The notes under the pieces are model-generated. The model was not told the origin of the DNA and ran no database searches. It was given only the letters and a program-made list of their open reading frames with translations. Position numbers and translations under genes: made by a program. A stretch of 64,000 nucleotides of DNA from Patescibacteria group bacterium. Its GTDB lineage: Bacteria; Patescibacteriota; SICC01. The DNA is taken from the NCBI GenBank assembly GCA_040902515.1, contig JBBDXB010000006.1, positions 66,219-130,218 on the forward strand, written 5' to 3'. Within the stretch, counting starts at the first letter, position 1. Each line of letters opens with the position of its first letter. This document shows, one piece after another, positions 1 through 8,248 of the stretch.

Positions 1-509
1 ACGGCAAGCGCGTACTCTGCGTAGGCAAGGACGATGACGGCGTAGACATGACGCTCCGACTGCGGCAGTTCACGAAACGCCTGACGTTCACGGCGGAAAG
101 TTTCTCGAAGATTTCCCGACCTGCCCTGAAAAAGCTGGAACGCGCCGGCATCCCGGCGTACGAAGGGACGCTCAAGGAGGTCGTCGGCCGCCCGAAGGGC
201 CACGTGCGCTCGGTCACCCTGGCGCTTAGGGACGGTCAGGAAAAGACCCTTGCTACCGACGCAATCTTTCACCGGCTCGGCATCATGCCATACAACGACG
301 TCGCCAAAAAGCTCGGGGTCAGGCTCGACCACCGCGGCCTGATCAAGGTCGACGCCGGCACGATGGAAACCAACGTGAAGAACGTCTACGCCGCCGGCGA
401 CATCCGTTCCGACGCGCTCCACCAGTTGCACGCCGCCACCTACTCCGCCACCCGCGCCGTGATCGAAGCGAACCGCCGCTTGTACAAGAAACGGTACGAG
501 GTCCGATGA
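1..509 (+). CDS. NAD(P)/FAD-dependent oxidoreductase, thioredoxin-reductase-like (5' truncated by window)
   Basis: Frame is open from base 3. C-terminal FAD motif ETNVKNVYAAGD. Confidence 0.8.
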   Translation, partial: GKRVLCVGKDDDGVDMTLRLRQFTKRLTFTAESFSKISRPALKKLERAGIPAYEGTLKEVVGRPKGHVRSVTLALRDGQEKTLATDAIFHRLGIMPYNDVAKKLGVRLDHRGLIKVDAGTMETNVKNVYAAGDIRSDALHQLHAATYSATRAVIEANRRLYKKRYEVR

Positions 510-1042
510 AGATCCTACTCGTCGCCGTCTGCATCGTGGAGCACGAAGGGCGGATCCCGCTGATCAAGTTCAAACGGAACTATCTGACCGGATTCTGGGG
601 ACTGCCCGGCGGCAAGCTTGAGGCGGACGAACATCTCGACGCCGGCGCGGCACGGGAGATCAAGGAGGAGCTGGGACTGGATGCGCGCGTCGATGAATAC
701 CTCGGCGTCGTGGATGAGCTGGCGATTCATGCCGACGGCGCCGTCACCCGCCCCCTGCTGTTCGTCACCCGGATGACGCCGAAAGGTCCGGTTTCCACGA
801 AGCCGCGCGAACTGCCGGAAGGCACGGTCCGCTGGTTCACGCCGGAAGAGATCGACCGGCTCGAGCCGGAGATCGTCCCGTCCGACTTCCGGATCATTAA
901 GCACATGCACGAAACCGGCCACGGCGGCTACTACCGATCGAAGCTGGTATGGGACGGTGATCGGATCAGGCTGGACTACTTCGACGGCGTCGGCGGCGCT
1001 ACTTCTGCTGCTGACCCTGCTGCTGCGCCTGCACGGCAGTGA
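506..1042 (+). CDS. NUDIX hydrolase
   Basis: Nudix box GGKLEADEHLDAGAAREIKEELG. ATGA overlap with the upstream gene. Confidence 0.9.
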   Translation: MKILLVAVCIVEHEGRIPLIKFKRNYLTGFWGLPGGKLEADEHLDAGAAREIKEELGLDARVDEYLGVVDELAIHADGAVTRPLLFVTRMTPKGPVSTKPRELPEGTVRWFTPEEIDRLEPEIVPSDFRIIKHMHETGHGGYYRSKLVWDGDRIRLDYFDGVGGATSAADPAAAPARQ

Positions 1043-1445
1043 TCTCCATCTCGGCCAGCTCGTCTTCACCGGATTCGATGGTGATGAAGAGCTTGCCCGG
1101 CTTCTCGATCCGGAACGCGTCGAAGTTCAGGTTGAAGTTGAGGTTGGCCGCCTCCTTCTTCTTGGCGGCACCTTCCTGGCGCTTGATCTCGAACGTGCCT
1201 GAGAACGGCGGTACCACATCCTTGCCGTCTTCGTCACGGAATGTGACGCTGACCGGCAGCTCGTCCGCGGTCGTTGCCAGGCCGACGGCCATCGCCAGCC
1301 GCGGGTAAATCGCCGGGAACTGCCCGAGGCCGATCCGGCCCGGGGCATTGAGACCGCCGAAGACGCCGATCAGGTTAAGCTTGCCGCCGTCGGACGGAAA
1401 CGTCTGGTCGGCGAGATGCGCATAGAGGATGTTCGCCTTCGCCAT
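999..1445 (-). CDS. Hypothetical protein, DUF6941-like beta-sandwich
   Basis: N-terminal LAD...GGKLNLIGVF...FPA motif recalled from this family. Start placed at ATG 1445. Confidence 0.6.
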   Translation of the reverse strand: MAKANILYAHLADQTFPSDGGKLNLIGVFGGLNAPGRIGLGQFPAIYPRLAMAVGLATTADELPVSVTFRDEDGKDVVPPFSGTFEIKRQEGAAKKKEAANLNFNLNFDAFRIEKPGKLFITIESGEDELAEMEITAVQAQQQGQQQK

Positions 1446-1636
1446 GTCCCCAGCTTCGCGGTGTTTGCCGGCGGATGCAAGCGAAGGCGCTTGCATGACC
1501 CCGGACACTCTTGTTAACTGGACCTACGGCTTAACGCCATCACCTTAACTTCGTCCGCGTTCCGCCACTCGTTTTAACCCACGCGACGCATCTAGCGCGC
1601 GCTGGTCTACAAAACAAGTCGGAATCGTCGGACAAG

Positions 1637-1937
1637 CGTGAGTCTGTGCCTAGAGACCGGGATATGCAGGACACTTCGGACGGCAGACGGCGTCCGAGGG
1701 AGGAGAGCGAATCAAGGGACATCCCGTCTCCCAGCAGGACTCACGAAACTTCAATACTTGGAGAACAGGGACCGGTAGGGTCGAAAAGCAAACGATCCCT
1801 GACCCACCTTGACTACCTGTCGGGTGCCGAGCGGCGGCAAAATCCCCTTTTGCAGTCGCATTCTCCAAGACCCGGGCGGTCGTCGCACACCATCAGCTAT
1901 CTCGCCAGCTGACTGCGACGACCGCCCATTTTCTTTT
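1637..1937 (+). ncRNA. Candidate structured ncRNA of unknown family, ending in an intrinsic terminator
   Basis: Long-range helices 1637-1644/1738-1745 and 1757-1765/1861-1869 enclose several hairpins. A 14-bp stem 1874-1887/1914-1927 is followed by ATTTTCTTTT. Confidence 0.5.
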
Positions 1938-1983
1938 GCCCGCTCCGAAACACACGACCGTTTTCGCTATACTACGGAAGCAC

Positions 1984-2057
1984 GGGGCCATAGCTCAGCT
2001 GGCCAGAGCGCCTGCATGGCATGCAGGAGGTCGGCGGTTCGAATCCGCCTGGCTCCA
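1984..2057 (+). tRNA. tRNA-Ala(GGC)
   Basis: Cloverleaf GGGGCCA...TGGCTCC-A, G3:U70 pair, anticodon loop ATGGCAT, TTCGAAT T-loop. CCA not encoded. Confidence 0.97.
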
Positions 2058-2099
2058 CCGCGTTCCCGCCGCCAACCCTAAGTGATATGCTCAGCGGTC

Positions 2100-2840
2100 A
2101 TGAGTGCGGAACGACCAGAACCCGGCATTCCCGAGATACCGGAGAAACTACCGAGGTGGCACAGACGCCCCCAGGTCATCACCGTGGAGGGAGAGCTGGC
2201 TGCCGGAAAGGATACGCTGTGCGCCACGCTCTGCGAAGCGTATGGCTTCCGTTATCTGGACGTCAGCGGCATCGGACGCGGGCTGGCAGCAGCCACGTTG
2301 CGTGAGGGCGTAGATCTGGAGAACGAAACGGCTGTCGGCAGGTTCTACGCGGAAGCGGACGTCGACTTCGCGATGGAGGGATCGGAGGCTTCGGTGTGCG
2401 TGAACGGGGCGGACGTCACGGCGGACCTGAAGACGCCGGAGACTTACGATACCAGTGCCAGGTTGATACGTTATCCGTTCGCTCCGCTGCGCGTCGGTGA
2501 GATCGCGCGCGACTTCATCCGGCCGGGAAACGTGGTCGTCAACGGACGCAGGCTGACGAACGACATCTGGCCGGGCGCGGAACTCCAGTTGTTCCTGATC
2601 GGTGATTTCGAGGTACGCCTGGAACGGCGATTCCGCGAGCTATACAAAGCGAATCCCGCGACGACTCGCAAAGCGGTGGCGGACGCGATGCGCCGACGTG
2701 AAGCGGAAGAAGCGGCCGCCGGTACCGGCACGGCATCCACCTCTAGCCTAATCATCGATACGACGGCACTGGCCCCTGATGGAGTAGCCAGCACCGTCGT
2801 TGAATCCCACAACAGAAAGATTCGTTTCACGACCAAATAA
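2100..2840 (+). CDS. Divergent cytidylate-kinase-family NMP kinase
   Basis: P-loop EGELAAGKDT and Cmk-like layout (VVVNGR...PGAELQLFL...EVRLERR, IIDTT). Confidence 0.75.
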   Translation: MSAERPEPGIPEIPEKLPRWHRRPQVITVEGELAAGKDTLCATLCEAYGFRYLDVSGIGRGLAAATLREGVDLENETAVGRFYAEADVDFAMEGSEASVCVNGADVTADLKTPETYDTSARLIRYPFAPLRVGEIARDFIRPGNVVVNGRRLTNDIWPGAELQLFLIGDFEVRLERRFRELYKANPATTRKAVADAMRRREAEEAAAGTGTASTSSLIIDTTALAPDGVASTVVESHNRKIRFTTK

Positions 2841-2875
2841 AAAAGACCAGTAAATCTAGGGTAATTTACTGGTCT
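2839..2875 (-). terminator. Intrinsic terminator
   Basis: AGACCAGTAAAT/ATTTACTGGTCT stem with a T-run on the minus strand. Confidence 0.7.
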
Positions 2876-2951
2876 GAACCCGCACGTAGCCGAAGCTACA
2901 CGGACGACACTCATCAGTGGTGCGCGGATGGGTCCGTTGTGAAGGGTGGTA

Positions 2952-3281
2952 TCACCACCAGTGCTCCCAATTCGTCGTGCCAATCTCGACCGTGATCCAG
3001 GCGCCTAGATTCATCCCCGCTGCACATATCACGACGAGCCCCAACATTGTCGGCAGGAGTACACGAATGAGGCTATCGGACGGATCGCAATAGTCGTGCA
3101 GCACTCCAAGCGCCACGATGGTGAACAGGACCAGCATGCTTAGCCCGGCGATCGGCACCGACGCGCTATCAGTGCCGGTGAGGGGCATGAGTACCGCCCC
3201 CGCCAGCCCGACTATGAACGTGGCGAAGACATAGAAAACGACACCTGCCCAACCGGCTTTCGTCTCCCGAACGGCAGTCAT
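2952..3281 (-). CDS. Hypothetical membrane protein (3 TM)
   Basis: Hydrophobic segments. SD AAGGA upstream. Confidence 0.7.
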   Translation of the reverse strand: MTAVRETKAGWAGVVFYVFATFIVGLAGAVLMPLTGTDSASVPIAGLSMLVLFTIVALGVLHDYCDPSDSLIRVLLPTMLGLVVICAAGMNLGAWITVEIGTTNWEHWW

Positions 3282-3458
3282 GATTATCCTTTCGTTGTTT
3301 GCTTTTACTCACGGAGCCATCTTGAGAACGGTTGTCCATTGCCGGACGAACCAGCCCCAGACAGCCGTCCCCAACCACTGCTAAGCTGCGACAATCAATT
3401 ATATTTTATGGTTAAGCAAAAAAACAAGACGCCACGCTTGCTGTGTTACTATGCCGGT

Positions 3459-3653
3459 ATGATTCGACGCGAACCTGGGATTGCTGCTGAACTGCATGCC
3501 GCGGGGGCAGCCCTTGAGGCCGCTCCTCAATGGCTTCAGGAGCTACCCATCGAGAATACCGACCGAGTTATCAACGCCGCGCATCGCGAAGGAGTGCCGC
3601 CGGCCGATATGGCCGCGCGGATGGCGGGCAGACAGACTCTCCATGCTTCTTAA
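3459..3653 (+). CDS. Small hypothetical protein
   Basis: ATG lies 6 nt after TACTAT, matching the leaderless pattern. Confidence 0.45.
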   Translation: MIRREPGIAAELHAAGAALEAAPQWLQELPIENTDRVINAAHREGVPPADMAARMAGRQTLHAS

Positions 3654-3662
3654 GCGCCTGGC

Positions 3663-4646
3663 TTAATCCGTAACGATCGCGCCCTTGGCGTGCCAGTCGG
3701 CGCGCGGGTCGTTGAGATACTCGTAGACGTCTCCGGCCGCGACCGACCCCTCCCCAACCGCCGTACCGATCTGGCGGAACATCGCGGACGCCGTGGTGTT
3801 GTCGCCGGCACCCCACACCCGCTCCGCGCTGGTCCGCTGGTGGTCGTTCACGATCAGGAACTGCCCGTCATCCACCTTGGCTCCGAGCATGTCGGGAATC
3901 GCCCGCTCCGGCGTCGAGCCGATCTCCACGAACAGCCCGTCCACCGCGATCTCGCCTTTCCCCTCGTACGACTGGTCCAACGTAACGCCGGTCACCGTCT
4001 GTTCGCCGAGCACCTTCGTGACGCTGTTCGACAGCACGAACGTCACGTTCGGCTTCGACTTCACGCGATCCACCCAGATGGGCTCCGCCCGGAACGTGTC
4101 CCGACGGTGGATCCAGAAGACTTCCTTCGCGAATTCGCTGAGGTGCAGCGCACCCTTGGCACCGGAATCGCCGCCGCCCACGATCGCCACGCGCTTGTCC
4201 TTGAAGAACGCCGCATCACAGGTGACGCAGTACGACACGCCCTTGCCTTCGAATTCCTTCTCACCCGGCACGCCGAGCTTGTTGTGCTCGGTACCGGTTC
4301 CGACCAGCACCGCACGGGCCGACAGCTCCGCTCCCGCCCATCCTTTCAGGTGGAACAGGTCGCCGTCCCGGGATACCTCGGTGACCTTTTCCGGAAGCAG
4401 CGTCGCCTCGTCGTATGCCTTCGCGTGATCCCCGAAGTGCTTCGCCAGGTCCATGCCGCTTATCGACTGGAACCCGAGGTAGTCCTCGACCAGGTGGGTC
4501 GTGGAGACGTACCCACCGAGCTCCGGCCCCATGACGACGTTCGTCAGCTTGTACCGCGACGCGTAGACGGATGCCGCGAGACCTGCCGGGCCGGCACCGA
4601 TGATGGCGATATCGTAGCGGTCAGGAGTGTTTGTCTTTTCCGTCAC
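3663..4646 (-). CDS. trxB: Thioredoxin reductase
   Basis: GAGPAG, CVTCD redox motif, GGGDSG. GTG start after GGGAGG. Confidence 0.93.
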   Translation of the reverse strand: MTEKTNTPDRYDIAIIGAGPAGLAASVYASRYKLTNVVMGPELGGYVSTTHLVEDYLGFQSISGMDLAKHFGDHAKAYDEATLLPEKVTEVSRDGDLFHLKGWAGAELSARAVLVGTGTEHNKLGVPGEKEFEGKGVSYCVTCDAAFFKDKRVAIVGGGDSGAKGALHLSEFAKEVFWIHRRDTFRAEPIWVDRVKSKPNVTFVLSNSVTKVLGEQTVTGVTLDQSYEGKGEIAVDGLFVEIGSTPERAIPDMLGAKVDDGQFLIVNDHQRTSAERVWGAGDNTTASAMFRQIGTAVGEGSVAAGDVYEYLNDPRADWHAKGAIVTD

Positions 4647-4657
4647 GTCGATCCTCC

Positions 4658-4978
4658 CTAGAGATGCGGCGTCAGCTTGCCCTCGAGTTCCGGCTTCGGT
4701 AGCACGCCGATGATCGTCTCGACCGGCTGTCCGCCCTTGAACAGGATCAGGGTCGGGATGCTCATCACGCCGAACTGCTGCGCCAGCTCCTGCTGCTCGT
4801 CCACGTTGACCTTGCCGACGGCCAGCCGATCCTTCTTCTCGTCGGCGACGGCATCGACGATCGGATCGAGCACCTTGCAGGGGCCGCACCACTCCGCCCA
4901 GAAATCCACGAGTACCGGCTTGTCGGACTGCTCGACCTCCTTCGTGAAATTCTCCTTGGTAACTACGGTTTCGGGCAT
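4658..4978 (-). CDS. trxA: Thioredoxin
   Basis: WCGPC motif. Confidence 0.97.
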   Translation of the reverse strand: MPETVVTKENFTKEVEQSDKPVLVDFWAEWCGPCKVLDPIVDAVADEKKDRLAVGKVNVDEQQELAQQFGVMSIPTLILFKGGQPVETIIGVLPKPELEGKLTPHL

Positions 4979-4982
4979 AGCT

Positions 4983-5204
4983 CTAGTTTACCAATCCCAG
5001 GCTGAAGAAGAGTACCGTTCCTGCCGCCGCCAGCGCCCAGAAGACCAACATCGCCAAAATCAGGCCGATCCCAAATCGGAATCCGTCCCGCACGGTGACG
5101 TTAAGCTCGGGCGGCAATACGTACGGATCGTTCTGCCGATCGAAGTACTCCTCGTCGGGAGTTTCCTTGATGTTCACGTCGCTGGTTTTCCCCTTCTTTG
5201 CCAT
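4983..5204 (-). CDS. Small membrane protein
   Basis: C-terminal hydrophobic helix. In line with trxA. Confidence 0.65.
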   Translation of the reverse strand: MAKKGKTSDVNIKETPDEEYFDRQNDPYVLPPELNVTVRDGFRFGIGLILAMLVFWALAAAGTVLFFSLGLVN

Positions 5205-5258
5205 ACGTAAATGGGTTACCGTTCCACTTTAGTATCCCGACACCCTCCCGGGCAACTG

Positions 5259-6599
5259 TCAGGAGCGTGCCGCATGCAGTTTCCTGGCCCGTTCCAGGAG
5301 ATATTCCCGAGTGTTCCGCTTCGGATCGTCAAGGACTTCCTCGAGCAGCGCATCCAGGGTCCGTCCGATCCCCGGGCCCGGTTTCATGCCCAGCTCCTTC
5401 ATCAGGTCGTGCCCGTCGACCTTGAGCATCCGCGTGGAGATCGGCTCTTTCTGTACTTCGAGCGAACGTTCCTTGAATAACTGGAGCTTTTTCGTGAGTC
5501 CGATCTTGCAACCCGAGCCGATCCGGTCGCCGACCCGCAGCGCGATCAGGTCGTCGACATGCTCCGGTCCCACCCGCCGGACGATCCGCCGGACCGCTTT
5601 GTCCGTGGACTCGAACTGGAACAGGAACATGTGGTGCCGGACGAGATTGGTCACGCGCTTCAGGTCGTCGTTGGAGAACCGGAGGCGGCGCATGATCTCC
5701 TTGGTCATCCTGGCGCCGATCACTTCGTGGCCGTGGAACGTGCGGTTGGCGCCGCTGCCGCGCGCGCTCCGGGGCTTGCCGACATCATGCAGGAGCGCCG
5801 CGAGCCGGACCAGCGGGTCCGTGCTCGGCGTATGCTCGAGTGACCGGAGGTTATGCTCGAGCACCGGATACTTGTGATGCTTCGGCTGGTCTAGGTCCGC
5901 GCCCTCCAAAAGCTCCGGCAGGAACTGCGCGAGCAATCCGGTCTTCAGGAGCAACCGTACGCCTTCGGCCGGCCGGTCCGAGATCAGGATTCCCATGAAT
6001 TCGTCGCGGATCCGTTCGGCGGAGATGTACTGCAACCGTTCCGCGTTGGCCCGGACGGCCGTCAGCGTCTTCGCCTCGATCGCGAACCTGAGTTGTGCCG
6101 CGAACCTGACGGCGCGGATCAACCGCAGCGCATCCTCTTGGAACCGCTCGTCCGGGTCGCCGACCGCTCGGATCGCCTTGGCCCGCAAATCGGCCTGTCC
6201 GCCGAACGGATCGACCAGCTTCCGGCCGTCGGTGGCGATCGCGTTCACCGTGAAGTCCCGCCGGGCCAGGTCATCCCCGAGCCGTTTCACGAACACGACC
6301 TTCTCCGGGTGGCGCGCGTCGCGGTACTCCGTTTCCGCCCGGTAGGTCGTCACCTCGTAGGTCTTCTTCCCATGCCGTACGCCCACGGTCCCGTACCGGT
6401 TCGCGTACACGGCGTTCGGGAATATGCGTTGGATATCCTCCGGCGTAGCCGGCGTCGCGACGTCCCAGTCCTTCGGTTCGCGACCGAGCAGCAGGTCCCG
6501 GACGCCGCCGCCGACGGCGTACGCCTCGAAACCCGCTTTCGCGAGTCCGTCCATCACCCACCGGACGCCGGCGGGAAGCCGGATGTCGGGATTCGTCAT
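5259..6599 (-). CDS. cca: CCA-adding tRNA nucleotidyltransferase with HD domain
   Basis: VGGGVRD, DWD, RRDFTVNA, EDALRLIRAVRF, LHDVGK. Confidence 0.9.
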   Translation of the reverse strand: MTNPDIRLPAGVRWVMDGLAKAGFEAYAVGGGVRDLLLGREPKDWDVATPATPEDIQRIFPNAVYANRYGTVGVRHGKKTYEVTTYRAETEYRDARHPEKVVFVKRLGDDLARRDFTVNAIATDGRKLVDPFGGQADLRAKAIRAVGDPDERFQEDALRLIRAVRFAAQLRFAIEAKTLTAVRANAERLQYISAERIRDEFMGILISDRPAEGVRLLLKTGLLAQFLPELLEGADLDQPKHHKYPVLEHNLRSLEHTPSTDPLVRLAALLHDVGKPRSARGSGANRTFHGHEVIGARMTKEIMRRLRFSNDDLKRVTNLVRHHMFLFQFESTDKAVRRIVRRVGPEHVDDLIALRVGDRIGSGCKIGLTKKLQLFKERSLEVQKEPISTRMLKVDGHDLMKELGMKPGPGIGRTLDALLEEVLDDPKRNTREYLLERARKLHAARS

Positions 6600-6645
6600 G
6601 TCACCAGCTTACCGAGCAGGGGCGGCGGCGAACAGGACGCGGCGT

Positions 6646-8241
6646 TCAGATCAGCCCGTATCCTTCCATCCCCGGCGATACCGGAATGCCCATCAGCTTC
6701 AGGACGGTCGGCGCCACGTCTCCGAGCAGGCCGGTCGCGGCCGTGTCCTTGTCCATCGTCAGGCGGCCGGAGGCCAGCAGCTTGCCCGGGTCCCCGGACG
6801 CCGGCGGGCAGATGATCAGCGGCACGGGGTTGGTCGTATGTTCCTTGTCCGGTACGCCGTTCGCGAAGTTGACCATCTGTTCCGCATTACCGTGGTCGGA
6901 AGTGATGACCAGGTACGCGCCCGCCTTGCGGCTGGCTTCGGCGATCTCGCCCAGGCTCTTATCGATGGTCTCGACCGCCTTGACCGTCGCCTCGAAGTTA
7001 CCAGTGTGACCCACCATATCCGGATTCGCGAAATTGACCATGATGAACCCGTAGGCCTCGTCGCCGATCCGCTTGACCAACTCGGCCGTGATTTCCTTCG
7101 CGCCCATCGCCGGCTCCTGGTCGTAGGTCGCGACCTGCGGAGAGGGAATCAGCAGCCGCTCCTCGAGGGGATACGGCTCTTCATGTCCGCCGTTCAGGAA
7201 GAACGTGGCATGCGGGTACTTCTCGGTCTCCGCGATGTGGAACTGGCGGATACCCGCGTCCGAGAGCACCTTGGCCAGCGGGTCCACGACGTTCTGCGGG
7301 AAGAATGCCACGTGGACCGGCAGGTTCGGCTCGTACTGGGTCAACGTAGACACGTAGCCCGGGCCGACGTAGTCCTTGCGGGGAAATCGCTCGAACTGGG
7401 CGTGCGCGATCGCTTCCGCGAGCTGCCGGATCCGGTCCGAACGGAAGTTGAAAAAGATCGCGGAGTCACTGCTCCGGAGCGGCTGCGGCTTCTCCCCGTC
7501 ACGCAGGATTACGGTCGGCTCGATGAATTCATCCGTCAGCCCCTGCTTGTAAGCCCGGGAGATCGCCGCCTCGACGCTCGATGCCGTCGGACCTTTCCCC
7601 TGCGCGATCGCTTCGAACGCTTTGCGGGTCCGGTCCCATCGGTTGTCGCGGTCCATGGCGTAGTACCGGCCGCAGATGGTACGGATCTTCCCCACGCCGG
7701 TGTTGGCAATCTCGCCTTCCAGCTTCTTGAGCGAATCCAGGATCGCCTTCGGCGGCGTGTCGCGCCCGTCGGCAAAGATGTGGAGCGCCACGTCCTTCAC
7801 CTTTTCCCGACGGGCAAGGTCGAGCAGGGCGATCAGGTGGCGCAGGTGCGCATGTACGCCACCCGACGAGGCCAGGCCGATCAGGTGCAGGGTACCCGAA
7901 GCGTTACGGGCATGCCCGCAGGCCGCCTTCAGCGCGTCATTCTCATAGAACGAGCCGTCCGCGATCGCGGCGGATACACGCGGCAGGTCCTGGGGAACGA
8001 CCCTGCCCGCGCCGATGTTCAGGTGGCCGACCTCGGAGTTGCCCATCTCGCCCCACGGCAATCCGACCGCTTCACCGGATGCCTGGAGCAACGTATGCGG
8101 ATTATCCTGCCACAACCGGGCGAAATGTCCCGTCCGGGCATTGGCGATGGCGTTGCCTTCGAAGACCGGGGAGTGCCCCCAGCCGTCCAGTACCGCCAGC
8201 ACCAACCGGCGCCGGCCCGTGGAAGCGGGCTTCTTCGTCAT
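6646..8241 (-). CDS. gpmI: 2,3-BPG-independent phosphoglycerate mutase (canonical copy)
   Basis: DGWG, GNSEVGH, GGVHAH, DGRD, GRYYAMDRD, DMVGH, SDHGN. Confidence 0.95.
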   Translation of the reverse strand: MTKKPASTGRRRLVLAVLDGWGHSPVFEGNAIANARTGHFARLWQDNPHTLLQASGEAVGLPWGEMGNSEVGHLNIGAGRVVPQDLPRVSAAIADGSFYENDALKAACGHARNASGTLHLIGLASSGGVHAHLRHLIALLDLARREKVKDVALHIFADGRDTPPKAILDSLKKLEGEIANTGVGKIRTICGRYYAMDRDNRWDRTRKAFEAIAQGKGPTASSVEAAISRAYKQGLTDEFIEPTVILRDGEKPQPLRSSDSAIFFNFRSDRIRQLAEAIAHAQFERFPRKDYVGPGYVSTLTQYEPNLPVHVAFFPQNVVDPLAKVLSDAGIRQFHIAETEKYPHATFFLNGGHEEPYPLEERLLIPSPQVATYDQEPAMGAKEITAELVKRIGDEAYGFIMVNFANPDMVGHTGNFEATVKAVETIDKSLGEIAEASRKAGAYLVITSDHGNAEQMVNFANGVPDKEHTTNPVPLIICPPASGDPGKLLASGRLTMDKDTAATGLLGDVAPTVLKLMGIPVSPGMEGYGLI

Positions 8242-8248
8242 CGCTGCC

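Noticed and set aside
1646-1912. 88-aa ORF over the structured region
   Set aside because: Ser/Arg/Pro-rich with no recognisable motif. The extensive base pairing explains the sequence better.
2880-2950. CTGATGAG on the minus strand suggesting a second hammerhead
   Set aside because: No GAAA closing stem II and no UH site adjoining a stem I.
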